A stretch of 64,000 nt of DNA from Actinomycetota bacterium (GCA_041658625.1 JBAZZW010000002.1:344299-408298), one strand, 5' to 3'. Shown: positions 29,033 through 39,582, counted from the stretch's first letter. Numbers and translations are program-made. The notes: a model not told the origin generated them from the letters alone.

Positions 29033-29665
29033 ATGACATTCGGCAACAAGCACATCGGGAAAGCATATCGAGGAAAAGGACAAGCCGGTTACACGCTTCC
29101 GGAAGTGCTGGTTTCCGCGATCATCGGCGTGCTTCTCCTAACGGCCGTGTTCGGGATATTGCAGTCGGTGATGAGCAGTTATTACGTGCAAAACGCACAA
29201 GCCGAGGCGCAAGCCGAGGCGCAGTTCACGATGATGAGACTTGTCAAGGAAATCAGGCAAGCGGAGAAGCCGCTATTGGCTATATCCATAAATCCGGGCA
29301 GCGTTGAAACGCTGGCTTTTAAAGCGGATTTAAACAATGACGGAACGTCTGAAGCGATCCTTTACTCATATAACGGATACTTGCATAAGATTGTCAAACA
29401 AGTAAATACAACCGGAGTATATGATTTTACCGCTTCGCCGCAAGAGACGATAGCCTCGAATATCCGGAACAATTACAGCCAAACGCTCTTTACTTTTTAT
29501 GGAACCAGCCTGACAACGCCGCTTGATCCGACTAATCCGAGCGCCGATATTATTAATAAAACAAAACTAATAAAGATCAGAGTGGTAATCGACAAGGATG
29601 TGGCAAAACCGCCGGCGCCTATAGACTTGACGTCGGAAATCAAGCTACGCAATTTTGGCTACTAG
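29033..29665 (+). CDS. minor pilin / pseudopilin (PilW-like, prepilin N-terminus)
   Basis: …GKGQAG|YTLPEVLVSAIIGVLLLTAV class III signal motif. 210 aa. RBS GGGGAGGG. Confidence 0.65.
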   Translation: MTFGNKHIGKAYRGKGQAGYTLPEVLVSAIIGVLLLTAVFGILQSVMSSYYVQNAQAEAQAEAQFTMMRLVKEIRQAEKPLLAISINPGSVETLAFKADLNNDGTSEAILYSYNGYLHKIVKQVNTTGVYDFTASPQETIASNIRNNYSQTLFTFYGTSLTTPLDPTNPSADIINKTKLIKIRVVIDKDVAKPPAPIDLTSEIKLRNFGY

Positions 29666-29679
29666 ACTGGTGGTTTAAG

Positions 29680-31074
29680 ATGACACGCAAGAGAATTTTC
29701 AGTTTTGACGAGAAAGGTTCGGCCTTAATAGCGGCCATAGGCGTCATGATGGTACTGGACCTTTTCGCGGTCGCGGTGCTGGCCATTTCGGCAAGCCAAA
29801 TGACGTTGGCTACAACCGAAAGAAAGACAAACCAGGCATTCAATGTCGCCGAAGCGGGCTTTAACAATGCACTCTGGAAGATCGACAATATCGCCAACTA
29901 TGCTCCGGCTGAAAGCGCGCCTGATTACGGCTCCGTGTCAGGCGGCGATTATAAAATCGTCGTTACCGATGTCACAGGTACGACGAACCAGAAGAGGGTG
30001 GAAGTCACCGGCTACGTTCCGAATAGGTATCACTCCAATCCCGGAAGGCGAAAGATAGTGGCCATGGTTGAGGTGGCACCGAAGGTCTTAAGCTATGGCA
30101 TGTACGCATTTTCCTGGATCGACATCCAGGGGGCGACCGCCAGAACATATCTGGCGCCGCTGGATTATCGCGCCTCCGACGCCAAAGGCGGAGACATGGG
30201 CTCCAACTTTGATATCTTTTTCAACGACGCGGCCATAAGGTTGAATGAAAGAGGAACCCAGCAGGGCGAGCAAAATACTTATGACGCGCTTTTCGGCGTT
30301 CCGGCGGTGCCGATGGGAGATCTTATAACGGCGGGACCGACGGCCGAGGTCCACGCGGTAAATACGGTGGTAAATACGATCCAGGAGCTAAACGCCAAGT
30401 GCCAGTACGTCAAGATGGCCAGCATAAAACACATGAACCAGCCGATCACCTTCCCGACTTTGAATTTCGAGGGCGCCGGCGGCTACAGAGAAATGGCCCA
30501 GAACAACTTTACGAACGGTACAAAATATTGGGCGACCGAGCATTCCGGGTATTTCACCAAAGCGGATTTTACCGCCTTGTTCTCCGGCCGGAACAACGTC
30601 GAGCTGACGGGTATGATTTTTATCGACGGCGAAGTTGACCTTCCCAACAACAAGAACCTGACCATTACCAACGGCGGGCTGGTCATCAAGGACGATCCCA
30701 ATGACCCCAGTCAGGCGCTGTCGCTCGCCAATCGAGCGTCGCTTATAGTCAGACACTCGTCCGAAGCGAGCAAGGTCTTTCCCGGCTTGATCGTCTTCAC
30801 GACCGTGGGGAGCACGGCGTCCGTCGTTGATAGGGGAACGATGGAGATTGAAGGACTAGTATACTCAGAGAGAACTTATAGCGAATCCAACTCGACAGTG
30901 CGCATTAAAGGAGCCCTGCTGGCCAGCGGTACTTCTGCGGCGGCCAGTATAGTTAACATGAATGCCAGCATTATCATCCAGTATGACCCGAACGTCACGA
31001 ACATGTTAGGCTTAAAAACATTCGGCGACGTATTCGTAAAAAAGGTGACGAGCTGGCGCGAGGTTACGCCATAG
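29680..31074 (+). CDS. PilX-like pilus assembly protein (PilX N-terminal domain) with large C-terminal domain
   Basis: N-terminus GSALIAAIGVMMVLDLFAVAVLAISASQMTLATTERKTNQAFNVAEAGFNNALWKI matches the PilX_N family signature. 464 aa. Confidence 0.65.
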   Translation: MTRKRIFSFDEKGSALIAAIGVMMVLDLFAVAVLAISASQMTLATTERKTNQAFNVAEAGFNNALWKIDNIANYAPAESAPDYGSVSGGDYKIVVTDVTGTTNQKRVEVTGYVPNRYHSNPGRRKIVAMVEVAPKVLSYGMYAFSWIDIQGATARTYLAPLDYRASDAKGGDMGSNFDIFFNDAAIRLNERGTQQGEQNTYDALFGVPAVPMGDLITAGPTAEVHAVNTVVNTIQELNAKCQYVKMASIKHMNQPITFPTLNFEGAGGYREMAQNNFTNGTKYWATEHSGYFTKADFTALFSGRNNVELTGMIFIDGEVDLPNNKNLTITNGGLVIKDDPNDPSQALSLANRASLIVRHSSEASKVFPGLIVFTTVGSTASVVDRGTMEIEGLVYSERTYSESNSTVRIKGALLASGTSAAASIVNMNASIIIQYDPNVTNMLGLKTFGDVFVKKVTSWREVTP

Positions 31075-31171
31075 CGGCAACGCACCGTCCATTCCAATAC
31101 ACGGCCCAACCTCCTATAACAGTCCGCTATAATGATATAATTCTTTAGGCGTCAACAAATGGGAGGTAAGC

Positions 31172-31513
31172 ATGGCAGATTGTATCTTTTGCCTGATTGC
31201 AGGCGGTGAAATACCAGCCGATATTATTTTTAAAGGGGTAAACGTTATCGCTTTCAGAGACATCCAGCCGATGGCCCCGACGCATGTTGTTATCATTCCA
31301 AAAAAACACATCAACCCAATGGAGGATCTGTCCGAGTCGGATATAGCAGTTATCCCGGAAATCTATATGGCGGCGCGAGCGATAGCTGCCGGAGAGGGGA
31401 TAGCGGAGAGCGGTTACCGTTTGCTTACCAACCACGGGCCGGACGCGGGCCAGGAAGTCGAACACCTTCATTTCCATCTTCTGGGCGGCCGCCGGCTGGG
31501 CGGTATTTGTTAA
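31172..31513 (+). CDS. HIT-family (Hint-like) nucleotide hydrolase
   Basis: Histidine triad EHLHFHLLGG; 113 aa. Confidence 0.85.
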   Translation: MADCIFCLIAGGEIPADIIFKGVNVIAFRDIQPMAPTHVVIIPKKHINPMEDLSESDIAVIPEIYMAARAIAAGEGIAESGYRLLTNHGPDAGQEVEHLHFHLLGGRRLGGIC

Positions 31514-31536
31514 CATGGATAAGGGATAGCTAGCCC

Positions 31537-34029
31537 ATGAAAGCGGTCATCATGGCCGGCGGAGAAGGCACCCGCTTACGGCCGCTCACCAGCAACCAAC
31601 CTAAACCCATGGTACCGGTATTGAACAAGCCGGTCATGGAGTATATTATCGAACTTCTTAAGAAACATGGCGTGACGGATATCGTCGCGACGCTGCAGTT
31701 TCTGCCTGCCATCATCAGGAACTATTTCGGCGACGGCAAAGACCTGGGCGTGGATCTTGCTTATAGCACCGAAGAAACGCCTCTAGGCACGGCAGGCAGC
31801 GTTAAGAAAGTCGAGGACTATCTCGACGAAACCTTCATTGTCATCTCGGGCGACGCGGTCACCAATGTCGATCTGACGGAAGCCGTCGCTTTCCACAAGG
31901 CCAACAAATCGGTCGCCACGTTGATATTGAAAAGCGTTGAGAATCCGCTCCAGTTCGGCGTGGTTATCACCGACGAAAGCGGCCGAATCCAAAGGTTTGT
32001 GGAGAAACCGAATTGGAGCCAGGTCTTCAGCGACACAGTCAACACAGGCATATACATCCTGGAGCCGAATGTCCTGAAGATGATTCCCGCCAATAAACCT
32101 TTCGACTTCAGCAAGGATCTGTTTCCGAAACTCTTAAAGGCCAAGAAGAGGATGTTCGGCTATGTTACCGAAGCTTACTGGCAGGACATCGGGAGCATAG
32201 AGCAATATATGCAGGTCCACCACGACATCCTCAAGCGGGAGACGGGCATCGAGCCGGAAGGGTTCAAGATCGGGCGCAGTATATGGGTCAACGGAGGAGC
32301 CAAGGTCGATCCTCTGGCTAAGATGAGGGGGCCGATCGTCATCGGCCGGAACGCAAAGGTTGAAGCGGGCGCCCGTCTAAATCCATACACGGTTATCGGC
32401 AATAACACGGTCGTCAAAGCCGGCTCTCTGGTCAGCCGGTCGGTAGTTTGGGAGAACTGCTATATCGGAGCGGGGGCCGAGCTTAGGGGCTGCACGATCG
32501 GCCGAACCTGCGATATTAAGAATAACGCCAGACTGGGGGAGGGCGTAGCCGTCGGTGACAACTGCACCATCGGCGAAAACGCCGTCATCAGCCCGAATGT
32601 GAGGATCTACCCGTTCAAAACGGTCGAAGCGGGGGCCGGCATCAGCAGCTCGATCATCTGGGAAACCAGGGGATTCAGGACTTTGTTCGGCCGGCAGGGA
32701 ATAGCGGGCTTAATCAATATCGACATCACGCCAAGGCTGGCGATGCGGATCGCCGTGTCGTATGGCACTGCTTTGCCCGCCGGGGCGACGGTCGCGGTCA
32801 GCTGCGACAACATCAGAGCCTGTGAAATCATGAAGAACAGCATTATCGCCGGTTTGAATTCAACCGGCGTTAACGTCTGGGACATGGATAACGGGCCTTC
32901 GGGAGCTAATCGCTACGCGATTATTGGCGACCATCTGGCCGGAGGCGTCGACATCCGCCTGATGCACGACGACATCCAGTCCGTGGAGATGGATTTCTTC
33001 GACTCCAACGGCATCAACATAGGCGAAGACATGCAAAGCGCCATTGAGAAATACTTTTACCGGGGCGATTTCAGACGGGCTTTTTACGATGAAATGGGCG
33101 AGGTTATCTTCCCTGTTCGGGCGACAGAAACCTATATCAACAACATTTTAGAACATGCTGACCTGGGCTTAATCGGGAGATCAAGACTTAAACTAGTCGT
33201 GGATTACGGATTTGGCCGGGGCATAAAAGTCGGACCGGACATCCTGGCCAGGCTAGGGCTGGCCGTCATCTCGCTAAACGGCATTCCCGGCAGCGATCGG
33301 TCGGCCATGACTAAAGACGACATGGAGAGGGCTTTGCGGCAGGTATCGACCAGCGTCCGCGCCTTAAAGGCCGATCTAGGCGTATTGATTGACGGGCCGA
33401 GCGAACGAATCACCCTGGTGGACGAGAAGGGTCAGCGCATAAACCATTCGGTTGCCCTAATGATGATGCTTAAGATGGTCTGCGCTAAAGCGAAACAGGG
33501 GACCGTAGTTTTGCCGATGAGCGTGACTCAAATAGCAGACGATATCGTCGCGGTAAGCGGATGCGATGTTAAAAGGGTCGGCATCAGCTCGGCGGCGCTA
33601 ATGGAAGCCGCTCTGGAAGAACACGCGATTTTTGCCGGCGCCGAAGGCGGAGGCTATATATTTCCGGAGATTGTTCCCGCCTATGCCGCCTTACCAAGCT
33701 TGGTAAAGTTGCTGGAAATTATGGCCGGATCCAAGAAACCGCTCAGCCAGCTGGCCGGATCTGTTCCCAGGTATCACGTGCTGCACCGGACAGAGGTATG
33801 CGCCTGGGATCGCAAAGGCTACGTCATGCGGCAGTTAATCGATTCGATCAAAGGGAAGAAGGTCGAGCTGATAGACGGCATAAAGGTTTATAGTCCCCGC
33901 GGTTGGGCGTTGATGCTGCCGGATCCCGTCGACCCGGTCTGCCACATCTACGTGGAAGGCGACACCGAGCAGCGCGCGGAGGCGCTAGCCGCTAAATACG
34001 CCGCGTTGATCAGAAAATTCAGGTCTTGA
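31537..34029 (+). CDS. fusion protein: sugar-1-phosphate nucleotidyltransferase + left-handed beta-helix + phosphomannomutase/phosphoglucomutase-like domains
   Basis: N-terminus MKAVIMAGGEGTRLRPLT (NTP-transferase G-x-G-T-R-L), hexapeptide-repeat middle, C-terminal alpha-D-phosphohexomutase-like region. 830 aa. Confidence 0.8.
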   Translation: MKAVIMAGGEGTRLRPLTSNQPKPMVPVLNKPVMEYIIELLKKHGVTDIVATLQFLPAIIRNYFGDGKDLGVDLAYSTEETPLGTAGSVKKVEDYLDETFIVISGDAVTNVDLTEAVAFHKANKSVATLILKSVENPLQFGVVITDESGRIQRFVEKPNWSQVFSDTVNTGIYILEPNVLKMIPANKPFDFSKDLFPKLLKAKKRMFGYVTEAYWQDIGSIEQYMQVHHDILKRETGIEPEGFKIGRSIWVNGGAKVDPLAKMRGPIVIGRNAKVEAGARLNPYTVIGNNTVVKAGSLVSRSVVWENCYIGAGAELRGCTIGRTCDIKNNARLGEGVAVGDNCTIGENAVISPNVRIYPFKTVEAGAGISSSIIWETRGFRTLFGRQGIAGLINIDITPRLAMRIAVSYGTALPAGATVAVSCDNIRACEIMKNSIIAGLNSTGVNVWDMDNGPSGANRYAIIGDHLAGGVDIRLMHDDIQSVEMDFFDSNGINIGEDMQSAIEKYFYRGDFRRAFYDEMGEVIFPVRATETYINNILEHADLGLIGRSRLKLVVDYGFGRGIKVGPDILARLGLAVISLNGIPGSDRSAMTKDDMERALRQVSTSVRALKADLGVLIDGPSERITLVDEKGQRINHSVALMMMLKMVCAKAKQGTVVLPMSVTQIADDIVAVSGCDVKRVGISSAALMEAALEEHAIFAGAEGGGYIFPEIVPAYAALPSLVKLLEIMAGSKKPLSQLAGSVPRYHVLHRTEVCAWDRKGYVMRQLIDSIKGKKVELIDGIKVYSPRGWALMLPDPVDPVCHIYVEGDTEQRAEALAAKYAALIRKFRS

Positions 34030-34035
34030 GAACAG

Positions 34036-35439
34036 ATGATTAAATTCGGCACCGACGGCTGGCGCGATGTTGTCGCCGACGGTTTCACTATTACAAATCT
34101 GAGGCTGGTTACGCGCGGCATATCGGCTTATATAAAGACAAGCGCCGTCGAGCCGCGGCTGGTCGTCGGGTACGACTGCCGGTTCATGGGACGGGAGTTC
34201 GCCGCCGCCGTGGCGGATGAAATGTCGGTCAACGGCGTCAGCGTGATACTCGGTAACGAGGCTTATCCCACGCCAACCGTCGCTTATTCGGCGAAAGCGC
34301 TCGGAGCAGACGGGGCGATTATGCTTACGGCCAGTCATAATCCCTATTATTACAACGGACTTAAGTTCATTCCCGAGTACGCCGGACCGGCGACGGAGGA
34401 GATTACCACCGCCATAGAGGAGGCGATAACTTCAGTCGAGGGCCGCGCCAACCTCGAAGCAAGCGGCCGCCAGGCCACCGCGTCGATAGAGAATAAAGAT
34501 TTAAGCACTGATTATATGAAGGCCTTGGTCGACTACCTGGACATTGACACGATTGCCGGGAGCGGATTAAAGACCGCCATAGATCCTTATCACGGGTCAG
34601 GGCGCAGGCTGATGCCGGAGCTCGCCCGGACGGCCGGATTGGACGCCACGGTCATCAGAGACAATGAAGATCCGCTCTTCGGGGACACCATGCCTGATCC
34701 GTCAGAGAAAAACCTGGGCGAGCTGAGAGAGCTTGTGGTCGGCAAGAAACTGGATGTCGGCCTGGCGCTGGACGGCGACGCCGACCGTTTTGGGATAATC
34801 GCCGACGACGGGTCATACCTGACACCGAACCAGGTGGTCGCGTTGCTCCTCGGGCACATGGTAAGAAACCGGGGCGCGGCCGGAATCGTCGTCAGGACCG
34901 TAGCGACGACGCATCTGCTAGACGCCATGTCGGCCAAGATGGGGCTAAAGATTGTGGAAACCCCTGTAGGATTCAAGCACGTTGGACTGTTGATGAGAGA
35001 GGAGAAGGTGATAATCGGCGGGGAAGAGAGCGGGGGCTTAAGCGTGCTCGGACATATTCCCGAAAAGGACGGCTTGCTGGCGGACATGCTTGTCGTCGAG
35101 ATGATAGCTAAAGAATCAAAACCGCTGTCAACCATCTGGAAAGACCTGGTTGACGAGTTCGGACACTACTATAACGAAAGGCTGGATATACCATATCCGT
35201 CCGATAAGATAAAAATACTTTTTGATTCTTTGAAGGATAAGACGCCGGACAAAATCGGCGGCCTGAAAGTAGAGAGGATTGAGACAATCGACGGCGTCAA
35301 ATTGATCTTAGCCGGTAACGCTTGGCTGCTGATACGACCTTCCGGCACAGAGCCGCTTGTCAGAGCATACATAGAAACCAAGTCAGCCGGCGACATGCAA
35401 GCGCTGAAAACCGCGGCCAGGGAATTGTTATCGGCATGA
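34036..35439 (+). CDS. phosphomannomutase/phosphoglucomutase (alpha-D-phosphohexomutase)
   Basis: Active-site TASHNP, Mg loop DGDADR, sugar-binding GEESGG. 467 aa. Confidence 0.88.
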   Translation: MIKFGTDGWRDVVADGFTITNLRLVTRGISAYIKTSAVEPRLVVGYDCRFMGREFAAAVADEMSVNGVSVILGNEAYPTPTVAYSAKALGADGAIMLTASHNPYYYNGLKFIPEYAGPATEEITTAIEEAITSVEGRANLEASGRQATASIENKDLSTDYMKALVDYLDIDTIAGSGLKTAIDPYHGSGRRLMPELARTAGLDATVIRDNEDPLFGDTMPDPSEKNLGELRELVVGKKLDVGLALDGDADRFGIIADDGSYLTPNQVVALLLGHMVRNRGAAGIVVRTVATTHLLDAMSAKMGLKIVETPVGFKHVGLLMREEKVIIGGEESGGLSVLGHIPEKDGLLADMLVVEMIAKESKPLSTIWKDLVDEFGHYYNERLDIPYPSDKIKILFDSLKDKTPDKIGGLKVERIETIDGVKLILAGNAWLLIRPSGTEPLVRAYIETKSAGDMQALKTAARELLSA

Positions 35440-37301
35440 TAGAAAGAAGAAGACCCAGGGAAAGAAGTTTCAGACGGTCCATGTCCCGCCTGTTTTTACT
35501 TATAATCGTTCTATTCGCTTTTATTATCCATTCATCGGCCTTGTTCGCCGTCGCCGATTACGCGTTTAACCGGGGAAGGATCCACTACGGCGTAAGCATC
35601 TACACCCAGAACGTCTCCCAATCGACCAGGGCGGAAGCAAAAAGCGCTATCTCAGCCAAGGCTAAGAAAGCGGCCGCGAAAAACCTAAGGGTAGAAGACG
35701 CCAACGGAAGCTGGCCGGTCGAGGTGTTGTTCTTGAAGCCTGCTCCGGACATCGAAGACGCGGTGAATGAAGCTTATCTGGCCGGTCGACAGGGAGGCTT
35801 TTTGCCGATGCTCGTGGATCGCGCGCGGCTATATCTAAAACCAAGAACTATCCAAATCACCTCAAAGGTAAACGAGGAATATGTCAAACTGACGACGGCG
35901 AAGATAGCTGGATTCATAGACAAGCCGGCCCAGGACGCGACGGTAGAAATTTCAGGCGAGACCGCTACGGTCAGGTCGGCTAAAAACGGGTGGGAGGTCA
36001 AACAAGCCTCGTTGCGGACTGAAATAATAACGCACGCCGCTGACTTTTCGTCGCGTACCATAAGCGTCCCCCAGGGCGTCGCCAAGGTAAAAGTGCATGA
36101 CGCAGACGCCGGTAAAGCCCGTTTAATAGCCCTGAAAATGATGAAGGAACCGATTGAATACACGATAAACAACAAGGAATATGTTATTGACCCGGCGAAG
36201 ATCGGCACGCTGATAGAGTTCTTGCCGGTCAGAAAGAAAATCAGGAAAGCCGGCAAAACCTCATACGAAACTGTTTTGACCGCGACAATGACCAAGAACA
36301 GACTTGAGCAGTACTTCATCCCCCTCAAGGACGAGTTCGAGGTCAGGCCCGTTAACGCGAGATTTGAAGCGGCCGAGGGTGTTGTTGACATCGTTCCGGG
36401 AATCAACGGTCTGGTCATAGACATGGATTCTGCCGTTAAGGATATCAACAAGCTGGCCCTGGAGCCGCCGCCCAGAAAAGCGACGCTTAAGATGAAAAAC
36501 GTCGAGCCGGAGTTGTCGACGGCCAAGGCGCAAAGCATGGGCATCAAGGAACGGGTGTCGGTACATACCGAAAACTTCGAATTCACGCCTAACAGGTCTC
36601 AGAATATCGGGACTTTGGCAGAGGCATTAGATGGAATGCTGGTGGCGCCCGGGCAGGTTTGGAGTATCAACGAAGCGACCGGGCCGAGGACGGCGGCCAA
36701 AGGATATACGGAAGCGCCGGTCATAGTAAACGGCCAATTGTCTCCCGACATCGGGGGCGGCATCTGCAACGTCTCCACGACCATTTTTAACACGGTATTC
36801 TTCGGCGGATATGAAGCCGTCGACCGCTACCCGCACGAGTTTTATATCAGCCACTATCCGGACGGACGGGACGCCAGCATCTATTACGACGGGGGCATGG
36901 ACTTTAAGTTCAAGAACGATAGTCCTTACTTCATCCTAATAAAAACGGACCACACGAACTCGTCGGTTACGGTCGCCTTCTACAGTACGAATATGGGTAC
37001 CGACGTATCCTATTCCGATACCGGCTTCACAAATATAGTGCCCTATGGGATAGTCTATAAAGACGATCCGACCGTGCCCACGGGGTATGAAAAAGACGCC
37101 GATATGGGCTATGGTGTCGACGGCCGCGATATATCGGTTTTCAGGACCGTCAAACGAGGCGGCAATATATACAGGGAAGACAAGTTTATCAGCCATTACG
37201 AGCCCAAGCAAAGGATCGTTTTAAAGGGCACCGGGCCCGCTTTGCCGCCCGGCACGCCGCCACCTGCCGATTTAAGACCTTTGGGGCAGACACCTAGATA
37301 A
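35436..37301 (+). CDS. VanW-family protein with N-terminal TM anchor
   Basis: C-terminal GGGICNVSTTIFNTVFFGGYEAVDRYPHEFYISHY is a VanW-domain signature. ATG 35436 (MIERRRPRERS) overlaps the upstream stop (ATGA). The track ORF begins at 35322. Confidence 0.8.
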   Translation: MIERRRPRERSFRRSMSRLFLLIIVLFAFIIHSSALFAVADYAFNRGRIHYGVSIYTQNVSQSTRAEAKSAISAKAKKAAAKNLRVEDANGSWPVEVLFLKPAPDIEDAVNEAYLAGRQGGFLPMLVDRARLYLKPRTIQITSKVNEEYVKLTTAKIAGFIDKPAQDATVEISGETATVRSAKNGWEVKQASLRTEIITHAADFSSRTISVPQGVAKVKVHDADAGKARLIALKMMKEPIEYTINNKEYVIDPAKIGTLIEFLPVRKKIRKAGKTSYETVLTATMTKNRLEQYFIPLKDEFEVRPVNARFEAAEGVVDIVPGINGLVIDMDSAVKDINKLALEPPPRKATLKMKNVEPELSTAKAQSMGIKERVSVHTENFEFTPNRSQNIGTLAEALDGMLVAPGQVWSINEATGPRTAAKGYTEAPVIVNGQLSPDIGGGICNVSTTIFNTVFFGGYEAVDRYPHEFYISHYPDGRDASIYYDGGMDFKFKNDSPYFILIKTDHTNSSVTVAFYSTNMGTDVSYSDTGFTNIVPYGIVYKDDPTVPTGYEKDADMGYGVDGRDISVFRTVKRGGNIYREDKFISHYEPKQRIVLKGTGPALPPGTPPPADLRPLGQTPR

Positions 37302-37317
37302 ACCGAAAGGCGAGTCG

Positions 37318-38484
37318 ATGTTTCAGGAAGCCAAAAGGATAAAGCCGATCGGGAGCGGTATTTTCGCGGAAATAGCAGCCGTCAAAGCGGCCACCGAAGC
37401 GAAAGGCCTGTCCGTGATCGACTTGGGAATCGGCAGCCCGGATCTGCCTCCCCCGGCGCATGTCATAGAGAGACTCCGGGATGAATTATCAGTCAGAGAA
37501 AACTACGATTACGGAAGCTCGGATGGCCTACAAGAGTTCAGGGACGCAGCCGCTGCCTGGTATTCTGCCAGATTCGGCGTCGACCTAGACCCGAACGGGG
37601 AAGTTTTAACGCTGATGGGCTCCCACGACGGTTTGGCCCACGTGCCCTTGACCGTTCTCAACCCAGGCGATACTGCGCTGATTCCCGATCCGCATTATCC
37701 CGTATACCAGGTCGGCGCGATTCTGGCGGAAGCGGATATCGCGCCTATGCGCCTACGGGAGGAGAACGGTTTCTTGCCCGACCTGAACGCGATTGACGGA
37801 AAAACCGCGGATCGGGCAAAACTTATGGTCCTGAATTATCCGAACAACCCCACCGCGGCTGTCGCCGATTTATCGTTTCTTGAGGAAGCGGTAGCCTTTG
37901 CCAAAAAGCACGACATAGTCCTGGTCCACGACGCCGCTTATTCGGAACTGGCGCTGGACGGGACAAAGCCGCCGAGTTTGCTTCAGGTCGAAGGGGCCAA
38001 GGATATCGCCATAGAATTTCACTCCGTCTCCAAAACCTATAATATCGCCGGCTGCCGGCTGGGATTCGTTGTCGGAAACAGGCGAGTCGTCGGCGCGCTT
38101 GCTCGTCTTAAAAGCAACTTCGATTACGGGGTTTTCAAGGCGATACAGAAAGCAGGTGTAGCGGCGCTGCTCGGGCCTCAGGATATCATAGATAAAAACA
38201 TTGCTGAATACAGGTCGCGCAGCCAGGTGTTCATTGAAGGGGTGGCGGAAAGCGGCTGGCGGATCGAGCCATCGCGGGCGACGATGTTCTTATGGACCCG
38301 GGTTCCCGAGGGCATAATGTCGCTGGACTTTGTATTGACGATGATAAGAGAGGCAGGCGTGGCGGCGATCCCAGGAAACGCGTTCGGTGAATTCGGCGAA
38401 GGGTATGTCCGTCTTGCAATGGTTACGACAATTGATAGACTTAAGGAAGCCGCGAAGCGCATCAACGAGGCGCGGATAATCTGA
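37318..38484 (+). CDS. class I/II PLP-dependent aminotransferase (AspC/LL-DAP-aminotransferase-like)
   Basis: 388 aa. SVSKTYNIAGCRLG (PLP-lysine region), NPNNPTAAV. Confidence 0.85.
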   Translation: MFQEAKRIKPIGSGIFAEIAAVKAATEAKGLSVIDLGIGSPDLPPPAHVIERLRDELSVRENYDYGSSDGLQEFRDAAAAWYSARFGVDLDPNGEVLTLMGSHDGLAHVPLTVLNPGDTALIPDPHYPVYQVGAILAEADIAPMRLREENGFLPDLNAIDGKTADRAKLMVLNYPNNPTAAVADLSFLEEAVAFAKKHDIVLVHDAAYSELALDGTKPPSLLQVEGAKDIAIEFHSVSKTYNIAGCRLGFVVGNRRVVGALARLKSNFDYGVFKAIQKAGVAALLGPQDIIDKNIAEYRSRSQVFIEGVAESGWRIEPSRATMFLWTRVPEGIMSLDFVLTMIREAGVAAIPGNAFGEFGEGYVRLAMVTTIDRLKEAAKRINEARII

Positions 38485-38520
38485 CAAGGTCGATTAAGCT
38501 TAAAGGACGGCGAAGGAATC

Positions 38521-39582
38521 ATGATCGAAAGGGGAACCGTCGCTAAGTACGAAGACGGAGAGATCATCTTCAACGAGAACGATTACGGCCGGGAAATGTA
38601 CGTCATCGAGACAGGCAAGGTCAAGATATTTAGAATCCGAAACAAAAGGGAAATCGTCTTGGCTACCCTGAAGAAGGGCGACTTTTTCGGCGAGATGGCT
38701 TTGTTTTCCGGTCTGTCAAGGTCGGCGTCTGTTCAAGCCATCGGCAACTGCCGCTTGAGAAGTGTTAACCGCATCGACCTGAAGAAGATCGTCGACGAAC
38801 CTGTCATCTGGCGGATTTTGCAGGAGATGAGCCAGAGGATCCGGGAGTTTGACGATAAGATGGAAGATCTTCTGATAGAGGATGAGCTCAGAAAGGTCAT
38901 CCAGCTTTTCCGCAGATATGTCGCGCCTCAGGTCGTAGATGAGATTCTAAAAACCTCAGGTACTGAAACTTTGGACCTAATGGGAGAATTGCGGGAAGTC
39001 ACCGTGTTATTCGCCGATATTAGAAACTTTACGTCGATTGCCGAGAAGATGCAGCCGCACGAGGTCGTTGAGTTATTGAACACATATTTGGGCGAGATGA
39101 CGCACGTGGTGTTCCGTTACGACGGCACGGTCGACAAATATATAGGCGACGCAATTATGGCGGTTTTCAACGCGCCGATGAAGCAGAAAGATCACGCCCG
39201 ACTGGCGGTAACGGCGGCGATGCATATCCAGGAAGCCGTGACGCGACTGCAGAAAGACAATCCGAACATATCGGTGGGGATAGGCATCAACACTGGCTCC
39301 GCGATTTTAGGCAATGTTGGCACAGAGCTGCACCTTGACTATACGGTTATAGGCGACGCGGTTAATATTGCCAGCCGGCTTTGCCGAGACGCAAAGGCCG
39401 GCGAGCTGTTGATAAGCCACTCTACATACGTGCAGATAAAAGAATATGTCACAGCTAACTGTCTGGACAGCAGGATGTTTAAAGGCAAGACGGAACCCGT
39501 GAAAGTCTACAACGTAAAGAACATGATAGAGGACGTCAAAGCGCCAAGGAAAACGGAAGGGAGCGTTTATGTCACCGGATAG
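38521..39582 (+). CDS. class III adenylyl cyclase with N-terminal cyclic-nucleotide-binding (CNB) domain
   Basis: N-terminal CNB (GDFFGEMALFSGLSRSASVQA). C-terminal CHD has metal Asps (VLFADIRNFT, KYIGDAIM), adenine-specifying K (DKYIGD) and D (LDYTVIGD), and transition-state N/R (GDAVNIASRL). Confidence 0.8.
   Translation: MIERGTVAKYEDGEIIFNENDYGREMYVIETGKVKIFRIRNKREIVLATLKKGDFFGEMALFSGLSRSASVQAIGNCRLRSVNRIDLKKIVDEPVIWRILQEMSQRIREFDDKMEDLLIEDELRKVIQLFRRYVAPQVVDEILKTSGTETLDLMGELREVTVLFADIRNFTSIAEKMQPHEVVELLNTYLGEMTHVVFRYDGTVDKYIGDAIMAVFNAPMKQKDHARLAVTAAMHIQEAVTRLQKDNPNISVGIGINTGSAILGNVGTELHLDYTVIGDAVNIASRLCRDAKAGELLISHSTYVQIKEYVTANCLDSRMFKGKTEPVKVYNVKNMIEDVKAPRKTEGSVYVTG

Noticed and set aside
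29190-29228. Tandem 12-nt repeat CAAGCCGAGGCG x2-3
   Set aside because: Lies inside the PilW-like CDS and simply encodes AQAEAQAEAQ (helical linker). Not a regulatory repeat.
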